Source of the DNA: a virus
Taxonomy: Duplodnaviria > Caudoviricetes
Reading direction: 5' to 3' (one strand)
IMG/VR virus record: IMGVR_UViG_3300023214_000280
Span: 1 to 25,849 of that record
Length of the DNA stretch: 25,849 nt
Positions 1 to 7,743 of this stretch are shown here, piece by piece. The notes beneath the pieces are model-generated. The model searched no databases. It worked only from the letters and a program-made list of their open reading frames with translations, and was not told the DNA's origin. Numbering within the stretch: position 1 is the stretch's first letter; every line of letters begins with the position of its first letter. Both the position numbers and the translations under genes were made by a program.

Positions 1-93
1 CAAGACTGGGAAGTCAACATCGACAAGGGCACTGACAACAAAAGAATCAGATTTGAAGAGGGCTTAAGCGTTTTTAACTCTGTTTTTTCGTAG
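1..93 (+). CDS. Possible 3' end of a CDS entering from the left edge
   Basis: Frame 1 is open from base 1 (QDWEVNIDKGTDNKRIRFEEGLSVFNSVFS) to TAG at 91-93 and overlaps the end of the convergent HTH gene. No motif recognised. Confidence 0.3.
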   Translation, partial: QDWEVNIDKGTDNKRIRFEEGLSVFNSVFS

Positions 94-280
94 TCTCTTG
101 TTTTTGTTCAATCCAATCTAAGGCTCTCTGAATCTGACGCGCTTTTTTCTCTGCAATTTTGCGTGTCCCATTTTCAATCAAATGTAGATAAGAAACCGAA
201 ACCCCTGACGCTTTGGACAATCTTTCCAAAGTTATGCACAGCTTTTTTCTTCGATCTTTCAACCCGTTAGAAACCCACAC
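74..280 (-). CDS. XRE/Cro-C1-family helix-turn-helix regulator
   Basis: LKDRRKKLCITLERLSKASGVSVSYLHLIENGTRK fits the HTH_3 pattern (LK.R....T...LA..SGVS..YL..IENG.R). The track start at 439 probably overextends. GTG at 280 or TTG at 262 leaves room for the divergent gene at 376. Confidence 0.8.
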   Translation of the reverse strand: MWVSNGLKDRRKKLCITLERLSKASGVSVSYLHLIENGTRKIAEKKARQIQRALDWIEQKQETTKKQS

Positions 281-375
281 AAATTTATATTTTTTAATTT
301 TCTTGAAATTCTTCACAAGCTTAGTTAGGTTTTCACAAGTTTTGTAAAAATAAAAGGAATAAAGGAGACAACAAA
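281..375. promoter_or_regulatory. AT-rich divergent control region with candidate operator repeats
   Basis: Lies between divergent starts. TTCACAAG occurs at 312-319 and 332-339 (20-bp spacing). Shine-Dalgarno AAGGAG at 362-367. Confidence 0.45.
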
Positions 376-546
376 ATGACAGACAACCAGCAGCACAACA
401 TTTTTTGCATGAATCACGACCTGTGCAATCACTTTGCAAAAGTTAAAGACTGTAAGATTTGCGATGCGCGCGCACAAGACAAAGTCGTAGATACTGAGAT
501 GTTAGAAAGGAAATGGTCGCGATATGTACCCAAGAGAAAAGATTAA
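376..546 (+). CDS. Small 56-aa Cys/His-rich putative zinc-binding protein (not in ORF track)
   Basis: AAGGAG 8 nt before ATG376. MTDNQQHNIFCMNHDLCNHFAKVKDCKICDARAQDKVVDTEMLERKWSRYVPKRKD contains CxxH, CxH and CxxC. Stop at 544-546 overlaps the next gene. Confidence 0.6.
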   Translation: MTDNQQHNIFCMNHDLCNHFAKVKDCKICDARAQDKVVDTEMLERKWSRYVPKRKD

Positions 547-1504
547 AATATTTAAATCAAAAAATGGTGACAATCAAAGCATCGACGATGAGTTTTCCAA
601 TGCTTTAACTTGGATCTTATCTCTTCCAGAGGAACTTTACCATAAGAGCAATCGGCTTTCTCACTCAGGCCTTAAAGAATTCAGCCGTTCGCCTGCCCAC
701 TACAAAGAGTTTGTTGACCAACAGGGAAAAGAAACAAAGAAGCCGAAAAAGTCTTTTGAGTTTGGCTCGCTCGTACACAGAGCAGTGCTAGAGCCAGACA
801 GATTTGAGAGATTATATGCTTGTGAGAAGTCTCATAAGATGGACGGGCTGCATCGGGGATCCAAAGAATATAAGACCAAGTTAAAAGACTTTAAAGAAAA
901 CCACCCAGAAACCGTTTTGATAGACAACCAAAGTTACGAAGACGCCTTGCGAATCCGAGATTCACTCTATTCTAAGAGAATCACTCAAGTTTTACTAAGT
1001 GGAGGACACCGAGAGATAACAGGGTTTTTTGACGAGCCACAGACAGGTCTTAAATGTCGTCTTCGCGCCGATTACGTAAATTTTTCTTTGTCTAGCGTTA
1101 TAGATTTAAAAACAACAACAGACGCGAGAAGAGAATCTTTTGAGCGGGAACTCTACAATTACCGTTATTACAGCCAGGCCGCGTTTTATTTGTCAGGCTT
1201 TGAATCAATTACGGGAACGGCCCCCGAGGCCTTTGTTTTTTTAACAGTTGAAAAGTCAGCCCCCTTTGCTTTCAAAGTTTACGAACTCGACAAGGCGACA
1301 ATAGAAGTAGGACGCAATCAATGCTTGATGGATCTTTTAAGTTTTAAAGGGTGCCTAGAAAAAGATTTATGGCCAGGATATGAGACAAAAGAGCCGGAGC
1401 TTTTGGCCCTGCCTTATTTTGCGTGGGCAAAACAAGACGATATCGAACGTGAATTAAACGAAAAACTTAGCGAAACAAAAGATTGGAGAAACGATAATGA
1501 GTGA
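524..1504 (+). CDS. RecE/exonuclease VIII-like PD-(D/E)XK exonuclease (DUF3799-type)
   Basis: Motifs YH..RLSHSGLK, FGSLVHRAVLEP, GLKCRLRADY, VIDLKTT, YRYYSQAAFY and FVFLTVEK match phage ExoVIII-like nucleases. Confidence 0.88.
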   Translation: MYPREKIKIFKSKNGDNQSIDDEFSNALTWILSLPEELYHKSNRLSHSGLKEFSRSPAHYKEFVDQQGKETKKPKKSFEFGSLVHRAVLEPDRFERLYACEKSHKMDGLHRGSKEYKTKLKDFKENHPETVLIDNQSYEDALRIRDSLYSKRITQVLLSGGHREITGFFDEPQTGLKCRLRADYVNFSLSSVIDLKTTTDARRESFERELYNYRYYSQAAFYLSGFESITGTAPEAFVFLTVEKSAPFAFKVYELDKATIEVGRNQCLMDLLSFKGCLEKDLWPGYETKEPELLALPYFAWAKQDDIERELNEKLSETKDWRNDNE

Positions 1505-1700
1505 AAACTACGACTTCCGGAGAGCGCCATTTGAAAAGAAACTTATTAACGTCGATTTGTACCGAGAACTAAGGTCAATCAAAGATGCGCTGTTGCTTTT
1601 GAATGATACACAACAAAGAATTTTCGAATGCATAGCGACCGAGAGCTTAAAAAAGACTCAAACCAAGGCCGAGAAAATATGGAATATCTTGAGTCAATGA
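1497..1700 (+). CDS. Hypothetical protein, 67 aa
   Basis: Overlaps the upstream stop by 8 nt, with GGAGA upstream. Helical composition. Confidence 0.6.
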   Translation: MSENYDFRRAPFEKKLINVDLYRELRSIKDALLLLNDTQQRIFECIATESLKKTQTKAEKIWNILSQ

Positions 1701-1718
1701 AAAGGAAAAAAGGAAAAT

Positions 1719-2291
1719 ATGAAACAAAAAGATAAAATAGAGACCAGGATTAGAATAGGCATCAACGGCAACTACATCACGATAAGAGACACTAGACCGC
1801 TGCTGAACGGCATCAAAGAGTTGGGCCAACCGGTCTCGATCAATAACCGCAAGTTTGATCGTGTCCGGGCAAAATACCCTGCGAGCATCAAATATCTAAT
1901 GTCAATGGGCAACGGATATGCCGGGCTTACGCAAGCCGATGGAGATAGAGTTTTGGCAGAAATTCACAGACAACTGGATCAATCTGTGCCCGGCTTAGCA
2001 GAGCTACAGGACGCGCAAAACGAATGGGCATCATATCACGATCAGTTGCAGGACGCTATTGATCGTGGCGTCGTGGTCGCGCCGAAAAAGCCCACGTCTG
2101 ACCTTAATGCCATCGCGGATCAATACCCACGAGCGGCCATGTATTTGCGTGCTGAAGCTTATTGCCAAGCAAGCCACAATCAAAAATGGGCCGCTGGAAA
2201 AAAAGCCAAAGAGATCATTTTGAGCGGTGGTCCGCTCAATGATGCTGAGCAGACACTAGACAAGTGGGCGAAAAACCTGGACTTGGATTAA
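1719..2291 (+). CDS. Hypothetical protein, 190 aa
   Basis: AAGGA RBS and a long ORF. GC is higher than in neighbouring genes. Confidence 0.75.
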   Translation: MKQKDKIETRIRIGINGNYITIRDTRPLLNGIKELGQPVSINNRKFDRVRAKYPASIKYLMSMGNGYAGLTQADGDRVLAEIHRQLDQSVPGLAELQDAQNEWASYHDQLQDAIDRGVVVAPKKPTSDLNAIADQYPRAAMYLRAEAYCQASHNQKWAAGKKAKEIILSGGPLNDAEQTLDKWAKNLDLD

Positions 2292-2370
2292 TTAGAATCA
2301 AACAGGTATTTAGAGACGATAAGGGTGGTGCAATGCCAGTTTATTTATACGCACCGATTTTAAAGTAGAA

Positions 2371-2682
2371 ATGACCTACAAACTCAGAAAGAAGCTTGAG
2401 GGATGGAAGGAAGATGCAACGAACGGACTTGCTCATGCCCATGGTGTTAAGTTCACGGCTGAGGTGGCGGAGTATATTACCAAGCTTCAATTTAGGCATA
2501 ACGAGTTAGTCAAAGCCCTGGAAGTGTTGCTTGAGGCGAATGATGTTGCCATCAATGAGCTCGGGGGGTTTGATCCACCAAATGAATATTGGAGAGATGA
2601 CTTGTGTTACCGAGCGAATGACAAAGCCCGCCAAGCAAGAAAGAAAGTTGAGGAGATAATTTGCAAAACAGAAGGCGAATAA
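2371..2682 (+). CDS. Hypothetical protein, 103 aa (coiled-coil)
   Basis: Co-oriented ORF in the early cluster with heptad-like helical sequence. Confidence 0.6.
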   Translation: MTYKLRKKLEGWKEDATNGLAHAHGVKFTAEVAEYITKLQFRHNELVKALEVLLEANDVAINELGGFDPPNEYWRDDLCYRANDKARQARKKVEEIICKTEGE

Positions 2683-3149
2683 TTTTCATTCCAAAGACTG
2701 AGCGAGATTCAGTTAAAAAGAAGCTTATGGGCAAAATAAAGAGGGGTAGCGGGGGTTGTTTGGAGTGGACTGGCAAGAAAGACCCGCTTGGTTATGCTAG
2801 GGTCGTCGTTAACAAGAAACAGGTTTTGGTTCACAGGTTAATGTATTATCTAGCCAACCCAGATTTCGATCAATGGAAGCTTGTATGCCATAAATGTGAC
2901 AACCCGAAATGCTCCAATCCTAAACATATGTTTATTGGCAGCCAGAAAGCAAACTTAAGAGACTGCTCCTCTAAAGGTAGAATTGTTCGTCCGTCTATCA
3001 GAATAAAAAAATGCCCACAAGGCCATTCATACACAGAAGCAAATACATATATTTATATAAAAGAAGGATATGAGTGCAGAAGCTGCATCACTTGTAAAAA
3101 AAAGCGCGGTTTTGAACATAGAAGACTATTAAGGGAGGCTAAGCAATAA
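2661..3149 (+). CDS. HNH endonuclease (HNH_3 homing type) with C-terminal zinc finger
   Basis: GCLEWTG..DPLGY, VHRLMY and VCHKCDNPKCSNPKHMFIGSQKANLRD, followed by CPQGH...NTY...CRSCITC. Start may instead be ATG2727. Confidence 0.9.
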   Translation: MQNRRRIIFIPKTERDSVKKKLMGKIKRGSGGCLEWTGKKDPLGYARVVVNKKQVLVHRLMYYLANPDFDQWKLVCHKCDNPKCSNPKHMFIGSQKANLRDCSSKGRIVRPSIRIKKCPQGHSYTEANTYIYIKEGYECRSCITCKKKRGFEHRRLLREAKQ

Positions 3150-3167
3150 CCCCGACGGTAAGTGATT

Positions 3168-3296
3168 ATGGAGATTGAAAGAGTGATTGGTTATGTCGAA
3201 GGTCTTCAGCTTGCTTGCACCAATGAGCAAATGAAGAAGGCCTTGAACAGGCTTTTAGAAATGTTGGAGGAGCTTAAAGATGACCCCGAAGATTAG
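3168..3296 (+). CDS. Small hypothetical protein, 42 aa (not in ORF track)
   Basis: MEIERVIGYVEGLQLACTNEQMKKALNRLLEMLEELKDDPED fills the gap between co-oriented genes. Amphipathic helix. Confidence 0.5.
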   Translation: MEIERVIGYVEGLQLACTNEQMKKALNRLLEMLEELKDDPED

Positions 3297-3317
3297 CGTA
3301 AAACCAAAGGAGAGAGG

Positions 3318-3710
3318 GTGATGAGTGGACCCAATTATATTTATCCAGACTGGATTGCAGCAAAGCTAGACTTGGTTGAGTCTCTTGCGTTGTCCGAACC
3401 GCAAAAGAAAATTCTAAATGAGTGGTTTAAAAAAAACATTTTTGAAATCGGCGTGGAGCATCGTTTTTCAAGAGAGATGCGCGAACATATGAAAGGCGAC
3501 GAATTTAAATCAGTTGCACTAGAGGCTATGTTAAATAATCTTGTGAGATTAATTTACAAAAACGGATGTTATACACAACGACAGATAGAAAACCAAAATC
3601 TAGATACAATTTCACAAATACGTATTTTAGTTTGCGCGTCGCCAGCGTTAGTGGGTAAAGATATTCGTTCAGATATTCCGACGATGGATGAAGAATATAG
3701 AGATGAATAA
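3318..3710 (+). CDS. Hypothetical protein, 130 aa
   Basis: Strong AAGGAG RBS. Last gene of the rightward cluster. Confidence 0.7.
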   Translation: MMSGPNYIYPDWIAAKLDLVESLALSEPQKKILNEWFKKNIFEIGVEHRFSREMREHMKGDEFKSVALEAMLNNLVRLIYKNGCYTQRQIENQNLDTISQIRILVCASPALVGKDIRSDIPTMDEEYRDE

Positions 3711-3725
3711 CAAGAAAGAAGCCAG

Positions 3726-4262
3726 TCACCTAACTAAGCTATCGCCGTTTTCCATCGAAGGAATATAGTTAGCGGTGTAGGCATCGATCTTTCCAAGGTT
3801 CCAACTTTGACCTTCGTGGCGGATGATTGTGTTATCGATGGGGCTTACCACGTTTACATTATCCCCTAACCTTGATTGCCAGTTATTAGGTAGCGCATCA
3901 AATAAGGCCCGAAAGCTTCTAAAAATAGGGCATCGTCGATTTAACTTAGCGCACAGTGGTTTCGAGTTAAGTCGATTTTGTTTTAAATCTTTTATCTCTT
4001 TAAAAATGCTGAGCAGGTCTTTTTGGTCCGCATTACTTCTAATTAAAAGAAGCTTTACGTAAAAAGCACTTTCAGCGTTTCGGATGACAATAAGCCCTTT
4101 ATTCGTATCACTAATCAATGCGTGGTCCTTACCTCCGATATCAAAGCGGTAGTTCTGGGCTCGAAAGTTTTTATACTTATCTCCGTCTGGATAAAGCCCA
4201 GCTATTAAATCAAGGGCGGCTTGAAATTGAGAGTCAAAAACGTCGTCTATTATTCTACCCAT
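3726..4262 (-). CDS. Hypothetical protein, last gene of the late operon
   Basis: TAATG coupling to the upstream gene at 4262. No motif recognised. Confidence 0.65.
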   Translation of the reverse strand: MGRIIDDVFDSQFQAALDLIAGLYPDGDKYKNFRAQNYRFDIGGKDHALISDTNKGLIVIRNAESAFYVKLLLIRSNADQKDLLSIFKEIKDLKQNRLNSKPLCAKLNRRCPIFRSFRALFDALPNNWQSRLGDNVNVVSPIDNTIIRHEGQSWNLGKIDAYTANYIPSMENGDSLVR

Positions 4263-5275
4263 TAGAGATTATCCCATTTGTCTGTCATCGATGTACCGTG
4301 GGAGATAAGTCCATCGCTCGATGTGATTTCCCACAATTCAAAGAAGCCATTAGTTCCGCCGATACCACCGGACCCAGAGTTTACAGTAGCAGACCAGTTG
4401 CCGTTATATTTTTTTGCAGCGATATAGAGGACACCACCCCCTCCGTTACCGGATTGAGAGCCTGTAGTAGTCCCTACCAATCCTGTTCCGCCGTTTGCGG
4501 CAATAATTCCAGAGCCATCTAATTCGTTAGCAATCACAACACATAATCCGCCACCACCGCCGCCACCGTGCCCGCCTCCTTTAGAGCCTCCTGAGGAAGC
4601 AAATCCAGCACCACCGCCGCCACCGCCACCGCAACCGTTTGTTCCGCTTGCGCCGGAACCTCCAGAGCCTTCGGCTGTAAAAGTTCCGTTTCCGCCGTTT
4701 CCGCCGTTTCCATAAGTAAATCCGGTTGCGTAAACAGCAGCTTCGCCGTTTCCCGCTTCACCTCCAAAAGACTCACAAGGGCTTTTAAGGGTAAATGCGG
4801 CAATCCCACCTGTAGCATTTACACTTCCGTTTCCGCCGTTTCCGCCGTTTACGTTTCCAGAAACACCATGACAGTTGGTTCCATCTTGCATCGCACCGCC
4901 GCCACCGCCGCAACCGCCTGAGCCACCGACGCCACCGTCGACATGGTTTGAGTCTTGTCTAACGGCTCCCCCTCCTTGACTTCCGTTGGCTCTAATTCCG
5001 TTTCCATCTATCGTGACTTTATTGGCCCATATGAAAACGGCTCGATATCCGTTAGTACCTTCTTGAGCCCTAATTAAAGATGTCACCCCACTCATTTCTA
5101 GGTGATTTCTTTTAACCGGGTCTGTTCTAGACGAAGTGCTTGAATTAAATTGTAAAGTGCCTGTGACGAGTTGATCGCTTAGGGAGGCGACAGCTACTTT
5201 TCCATTGGAGGCGTAGGGCCCGACTTGTGGCAAAAAAGACTTCGCAGACGACCTAAAAAACTTGTGATGAAACAT
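4262..5275 (-). CDS. Glycine-rich tail-fibre tip/adhesin-like protein
   Basis: Repeated GGGGG, NGGNGGNG and GGGGG-hydrophobic blocks (polyglycine-sandwich style, as in T-even gp38 adhesins), located in the late operon. Confidence 0.7.
   Translation of the reverse strand: MFHHKFFRSSAKSFLPQVGPYASNGKVAVASLSDQLVTGTLQFNSSTSSRTDPVKRNHLEMSGVTSLIRAQEGTNGYRAVFIWANKVTIDGNGIRANGSQGGGAVRQDSNHVDGGVGGSGGCGGGGGAMQDGTNCHGVSGNVNGGNGGNGSVNATGGIAAFTLKSPCESFGGEAGNGEAAVYATGFTYGNGGNGGNGTFTAEGSGGSGASGTNGCGGGGGGGAGFASSGGSKGGGHGGGGGGGLCVVIANELDGSGIIAANGGTGLVGTTTGSQSGNGGGGVLYIAAKKYNGNWSATVNSGSGGIGGTNGFFELWEITSSDGLISHGTSMTDKWDNL
4684..4850. repeat. 26-bp exact direct repeat (4684-4709 and 4825-4850)
   Basis: TTCCGTTTCCGCCGTTTCCGCCGTTT occurs twice, each copy encoding NGGNGGNG on the minus strand. 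Confidence 0.9.
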
Positions 5276-5689
5276 TTACGAGTAATCCTGTGAAATTATT
5301 CCATAATAAGTAGTGCCGTCATAAAAAAGAGTCACCAGGTCGACCGCATCATTAGAAGTCGTAATCGTTGGAGCTGAACCGCCAGGCCAATCGACACTTG
5401 CTGGCCAAGTAATATTTCTAGAAGTAAACCCTTGAATAAATTTAATTATGTAACTTGCCCCGGCCTTGCCATTATTTAGGGTTAAGGTAACGGTTCCAGT
5501 AGCAGAACCTAAATCTATTGTTACAGAGTTGCCATCGTCCCAATCAACGGTTTCAGTCGTTCCAGTTGGTGTTAAGGTCGATTGATGCGAGCTCCAAGCC
5601 TGAGCGTTGTCGACTTCTAAATTTGTCCCTGCGGCCTGATTTCCTATACTGAGGACCTTGGCCAGTGTTGGAAACAATCTAGAAATCAT
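5276..5689 (-). CDS. Small fibre-associated beta-domain virion protein
   Basis: TVDWDDGN..TIDL...GASYIIKFIQ..SRNITWPASVDWPGGSAPTITT..AVDLVTLFYDGTTYYG is a pattern typical of phage fibre C-terminal/adaptor domains that precede adhesin genes. Confidence 0.7.
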   Translation of the reverse strand: MISRLFPTLAKVLSIGNQAAGTNLEVDNAQAWSSHQSTLTPTGTTETVDWDDGNSVTIDLGSATGTVTLTLNNGKAGASYIIKFIQGFTSRNITWPASVDWPGGSAPTITTSNDAVDLVTLFYDGTTYYGIISQDYS

Positions 5690-5722
5690 AATGGATATTT
5701 TCTCCGAGTCGAATAAAAAACA

Positions 5723-6154
5723 CTATGTAAAAATCCATGCGCTGCAAAGTTGGCCCAAAACACAAGGAAAGACCCAGCTAAGGACATCGAGAGTCCTCTT
5801 AGTACTAGAGCCAACGTCGTCATTATGCTCTTTGAATGCCCAAAAAAGCGCCACTGCTGCCGGATAAATAAGCCAGTAATTGGGCTCGATGAGCATCGCA
5901 AAAAAACCGATAGAAAACCCAGCCTTCCCGTGAACCGCAAGCCTCCACCACGCTACAGCCCAACCTTCACCCAAAAAGTCTTCATCTCCGTAATTCGCTT
6001 TAATCTCCTCGTAGCGACCTTTTCCGAATAACACATTGAACAGCCAGTCAGGGTACCGATTACTCCACCGGACCAAACCCACAAAACTCTGGTTTTTAAG
6101 CGTCTTTCTGGCTTTTTGAATCAATACCATTAACTTGTCAAATGAACCCGCCAC
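5723..6154 (-). CDS. Membrane protein in the lysis cassette
   Basis: About three hydrophobic segments in the C-terminal half, directly downstream of the endolysin. Confidence 0.6.
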   Translation of the reverse strand: MAGSFDKLMVLIQKARKTLKNQSFVGLVRWSNRYPDWLFNVLFGKGRYEEIKANYGDEDFLGEGWAVAWWRLAVHGKAGFSIGFFAMLIEPNYWLIYPAAVALFWAFKEHNDDVGSSTKRTLDVLSWVFPCVLGQLCSAWIFT

Positions 6155-6163
6155 AACCCAAAC

Positions 6164-6646
6164 CTAGGCGCTTCCAGCGATAATTTGTTGCTGTATGCGG
6201 ACAACGTCGTCAACGTAAGGCTGATTGATATATTTGCCCGTCTTTGATTTTCTTGGCGATCCGGCGTTATAAGCTGCGACGGCTCTCTCGGTGGTCTTAA
6301 ACCGAGCAAACATCGATTTCAAGTGAAGGGCTCCGTATCTGGCGCCAACGTCAACCTGGCAAAGCTCAGGAAACCAACCACGAAAGCCATGTTCGCGAGC
6401 CACCGAACCCATTATTTGAGCGACACCCCAACTTGTTTTCTGGCCGATTTCTTCAGTTGCAACACTGCTTCCTATTTTTCTAGCAAATATACCCATGTCA
6501 AAAATGTACGGAAAATCTGGCTCGTATCGCATTGCTAAAGGATTGCATGAACTCTCACGAATGCTAATGGCTAAAAAAACAATGGGGTCTATGCTGTTTT
6601 GTTCAGCCGCTTGAAAAATCTGGTCCTTTACAGCATCGTCAACCAT
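6164..6646 (-). CDS. Endolysin, SLT-family lytic transglycosylase
   Basis: IRESS (catalytic Glu), SWGVAQIM and AVAAYNAG motifs. Preferred start is ATG6646 (MVDDAVK), overlapping the upstream stop by 8 nt. The track's 6886 start is probably a shadow extension. Confidence 0.9.
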   Translation of the reverse strand: MVDDAVKDQIFQAAEQNSIDPIVFLAISIRESSCNPLAMRYEPDFPYIFDMGIFARKIGSSVATEEIGQKTSWGVAQIMGSVAREHGFRGWFPELCQVDVGARYGALHLKSMFARFKTTERAVAAYNAGSPRKSKTGKYINQPYVDDVVRIQQQIIAGSA

Positions 6647-6896
6647 TATCTGACCAATTCTTGAAAACCGAATCTGCTCTTTTAATCGCTTTATTTTGCT
6701 TCCTTGTTTGCTCTCTGGCTTTTTCTCTTTGTTTTGCGATTTCTTTTTGGGCGTCTTCGGCCCGTTTTTTGTTTTCCCGTCTGATCTTGGCACGCTTGGA
6801 GAAATATCGAACAATGAGCGCAACCAATCCGCTAACCAGAGTGACAATCGCAACCCAAAATTCTGGATTTGCTGCCAAAGCACCAAAAACCCCCAT
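6639..6896 (-). CDS. Single-TM protein with basic coiled-coil tail (lysis accessory/spanin-like)
   Basis: FWVAIVTLVSGLVALIV TM followed by a K/R-rich helix. Its ATG directly follows the upstream TAA and its stop overlaps the endolysin ATG. Confidence 0.7.
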   Translation of the reverse strand: MGVFGALAANPEFWVAIVTLVSGLVALIVRYFSKRAKIRRENKKRAEDAQKEIAKQREKAREQTRKQNKAIKRADSVFKNWSDNG

Positions 6897-7511
6897 TTAG
6901 TTGAAAACCTCGCGTTTTAAGAAATCGCAACTTCCACAAAGAGCCGTGCGAAAGCCCGTCGAAAAATCAGCCGTACAATCTTTTAAGACTTTTTTAGACC
7001 AACCTTTCTCAGGATCTCCACAAGCAAGTTCCGTGTAGTCTTCATCGACCACCCACAGCCTCAATAAGCCCTGAGTGTCGACCACAAATTCAGCATCATC
7101 TTTATCTTGAAACCATAGTCGCACAAAAAATCGATACTCGGCATTATCTTGTTCTTCGACGCCTCCTGCCCTTCCGACAATGTCGGATAATTTTACAGAT
7201 ACCGAATCTTTGTCTTTAGGAATTGAAACCGAGACACCAAGCTTTGAGCCATCCTTTGTTAGAAACTGAACCAACGCACAAGACTGGCGAGAACATCGAA
7301 CCTCTGGAATGTGTAGGCTAATTTCATAATCTAAAGAATCTCCGACGTTTTTTCTAATGAATACATAGCCGTTGTGGCAGCCCTCGACAGCGCCACAAAC
7401 GATTGCAGAAACATCTCTTCCCTCCGCTGCCGAAAGACTGAAATCAAAGACCTCGGGCTCCCGACAGCTAGAGATCAGAGCTACGAATGAAATAAGTAAA
7501 AAAGATCTCAC
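6897..7511 (-). CDS. Cys-rich lipoprotein in the lysis cassette
   Basis: Signal peptide II MRSFLLISFVALISS-C, plus 8 further Cys. GTGA overlap with the holin stop. Confidence 0.75.
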   Translation of the reverse strand: MRSFLLISFVALISSCREPEVFDFSLSAAEGRDVSAIVCGAVEGCHNGYVFIRKNVGDSLDYEISLHIPEVRCSRQSCALVQFLTKDGSKLGVSVSIPKDKDSVSVKLSDIVGRAGGVEEQDNAEYRFFVRLWFQDKDDAEFVVDTQGLLRLWVVDEDYTELACGDPEKGWSKKVLKDCTADFSTGFRTALCGSCDFLKREVFN

Positions 7512-7732
7512 TTTGATTCGATTTGTTTTTCTTTGATCTTGGCACGGCTGTAACTGTACCCAAGCGAGGCCAGCGCCGAAGCGATCAGACCTAAACCTTG
7601 CGGTAAAAACCCGTCACCGGTGACGACTCCGCTTTCAAGAAGCAGCCCCACGACGACCGCAGCCATCGCTAGCCAGAACTCTGTGGTTTTGTAGCCTGCT
7701 TTTTCAGCACCCTTTTTCGTTTCATCTGCCAT
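7508..7732 (-). CDS. Putative holin (2 TM)
   Basis: 74 aa with GYKTTEFW followed by two TM helices and a basic C-terminus. GGAGG RBS. Lies upstream of the endolysin. Confidence 0.7.
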   Translation of the reverse strand: MADETKKGAEKAGYKTTEFWLAMAAVVVGLLLESGVVTGDGFLPQGLGLIASALASLGYSYSRAKIKEKQIESK

Positions 7733-7743
7733 GTTGTTTCCTC

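Noticed and set aside
281-439. Cys-rich N-terminal extension of the HTH ORF
   Set aside because: It overlaps an opposite-strand ORF with a strong RBS and the AT-rich control region. The HTH domain is complete without it.
2332-2368. Tiny ORF MPVYLYAPILK after a GGGTGG tract
   Set aside because: Too short to support. It may be chance or a gene remnant.
4262-5275. DGR target suggested by AAC-rich repeats
   Set aside because: The repeats are identical with no adenine-specific mismatches, and there is no template repeat or reverse transcriptase in the window.
6647-6886. SAR/signal-like N-terminal extension of the endolysin
   Set aside because: Better explained as the shadow frame of the coupled 85-aa TM gene. 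A longer isoform cannot be fully excluded.
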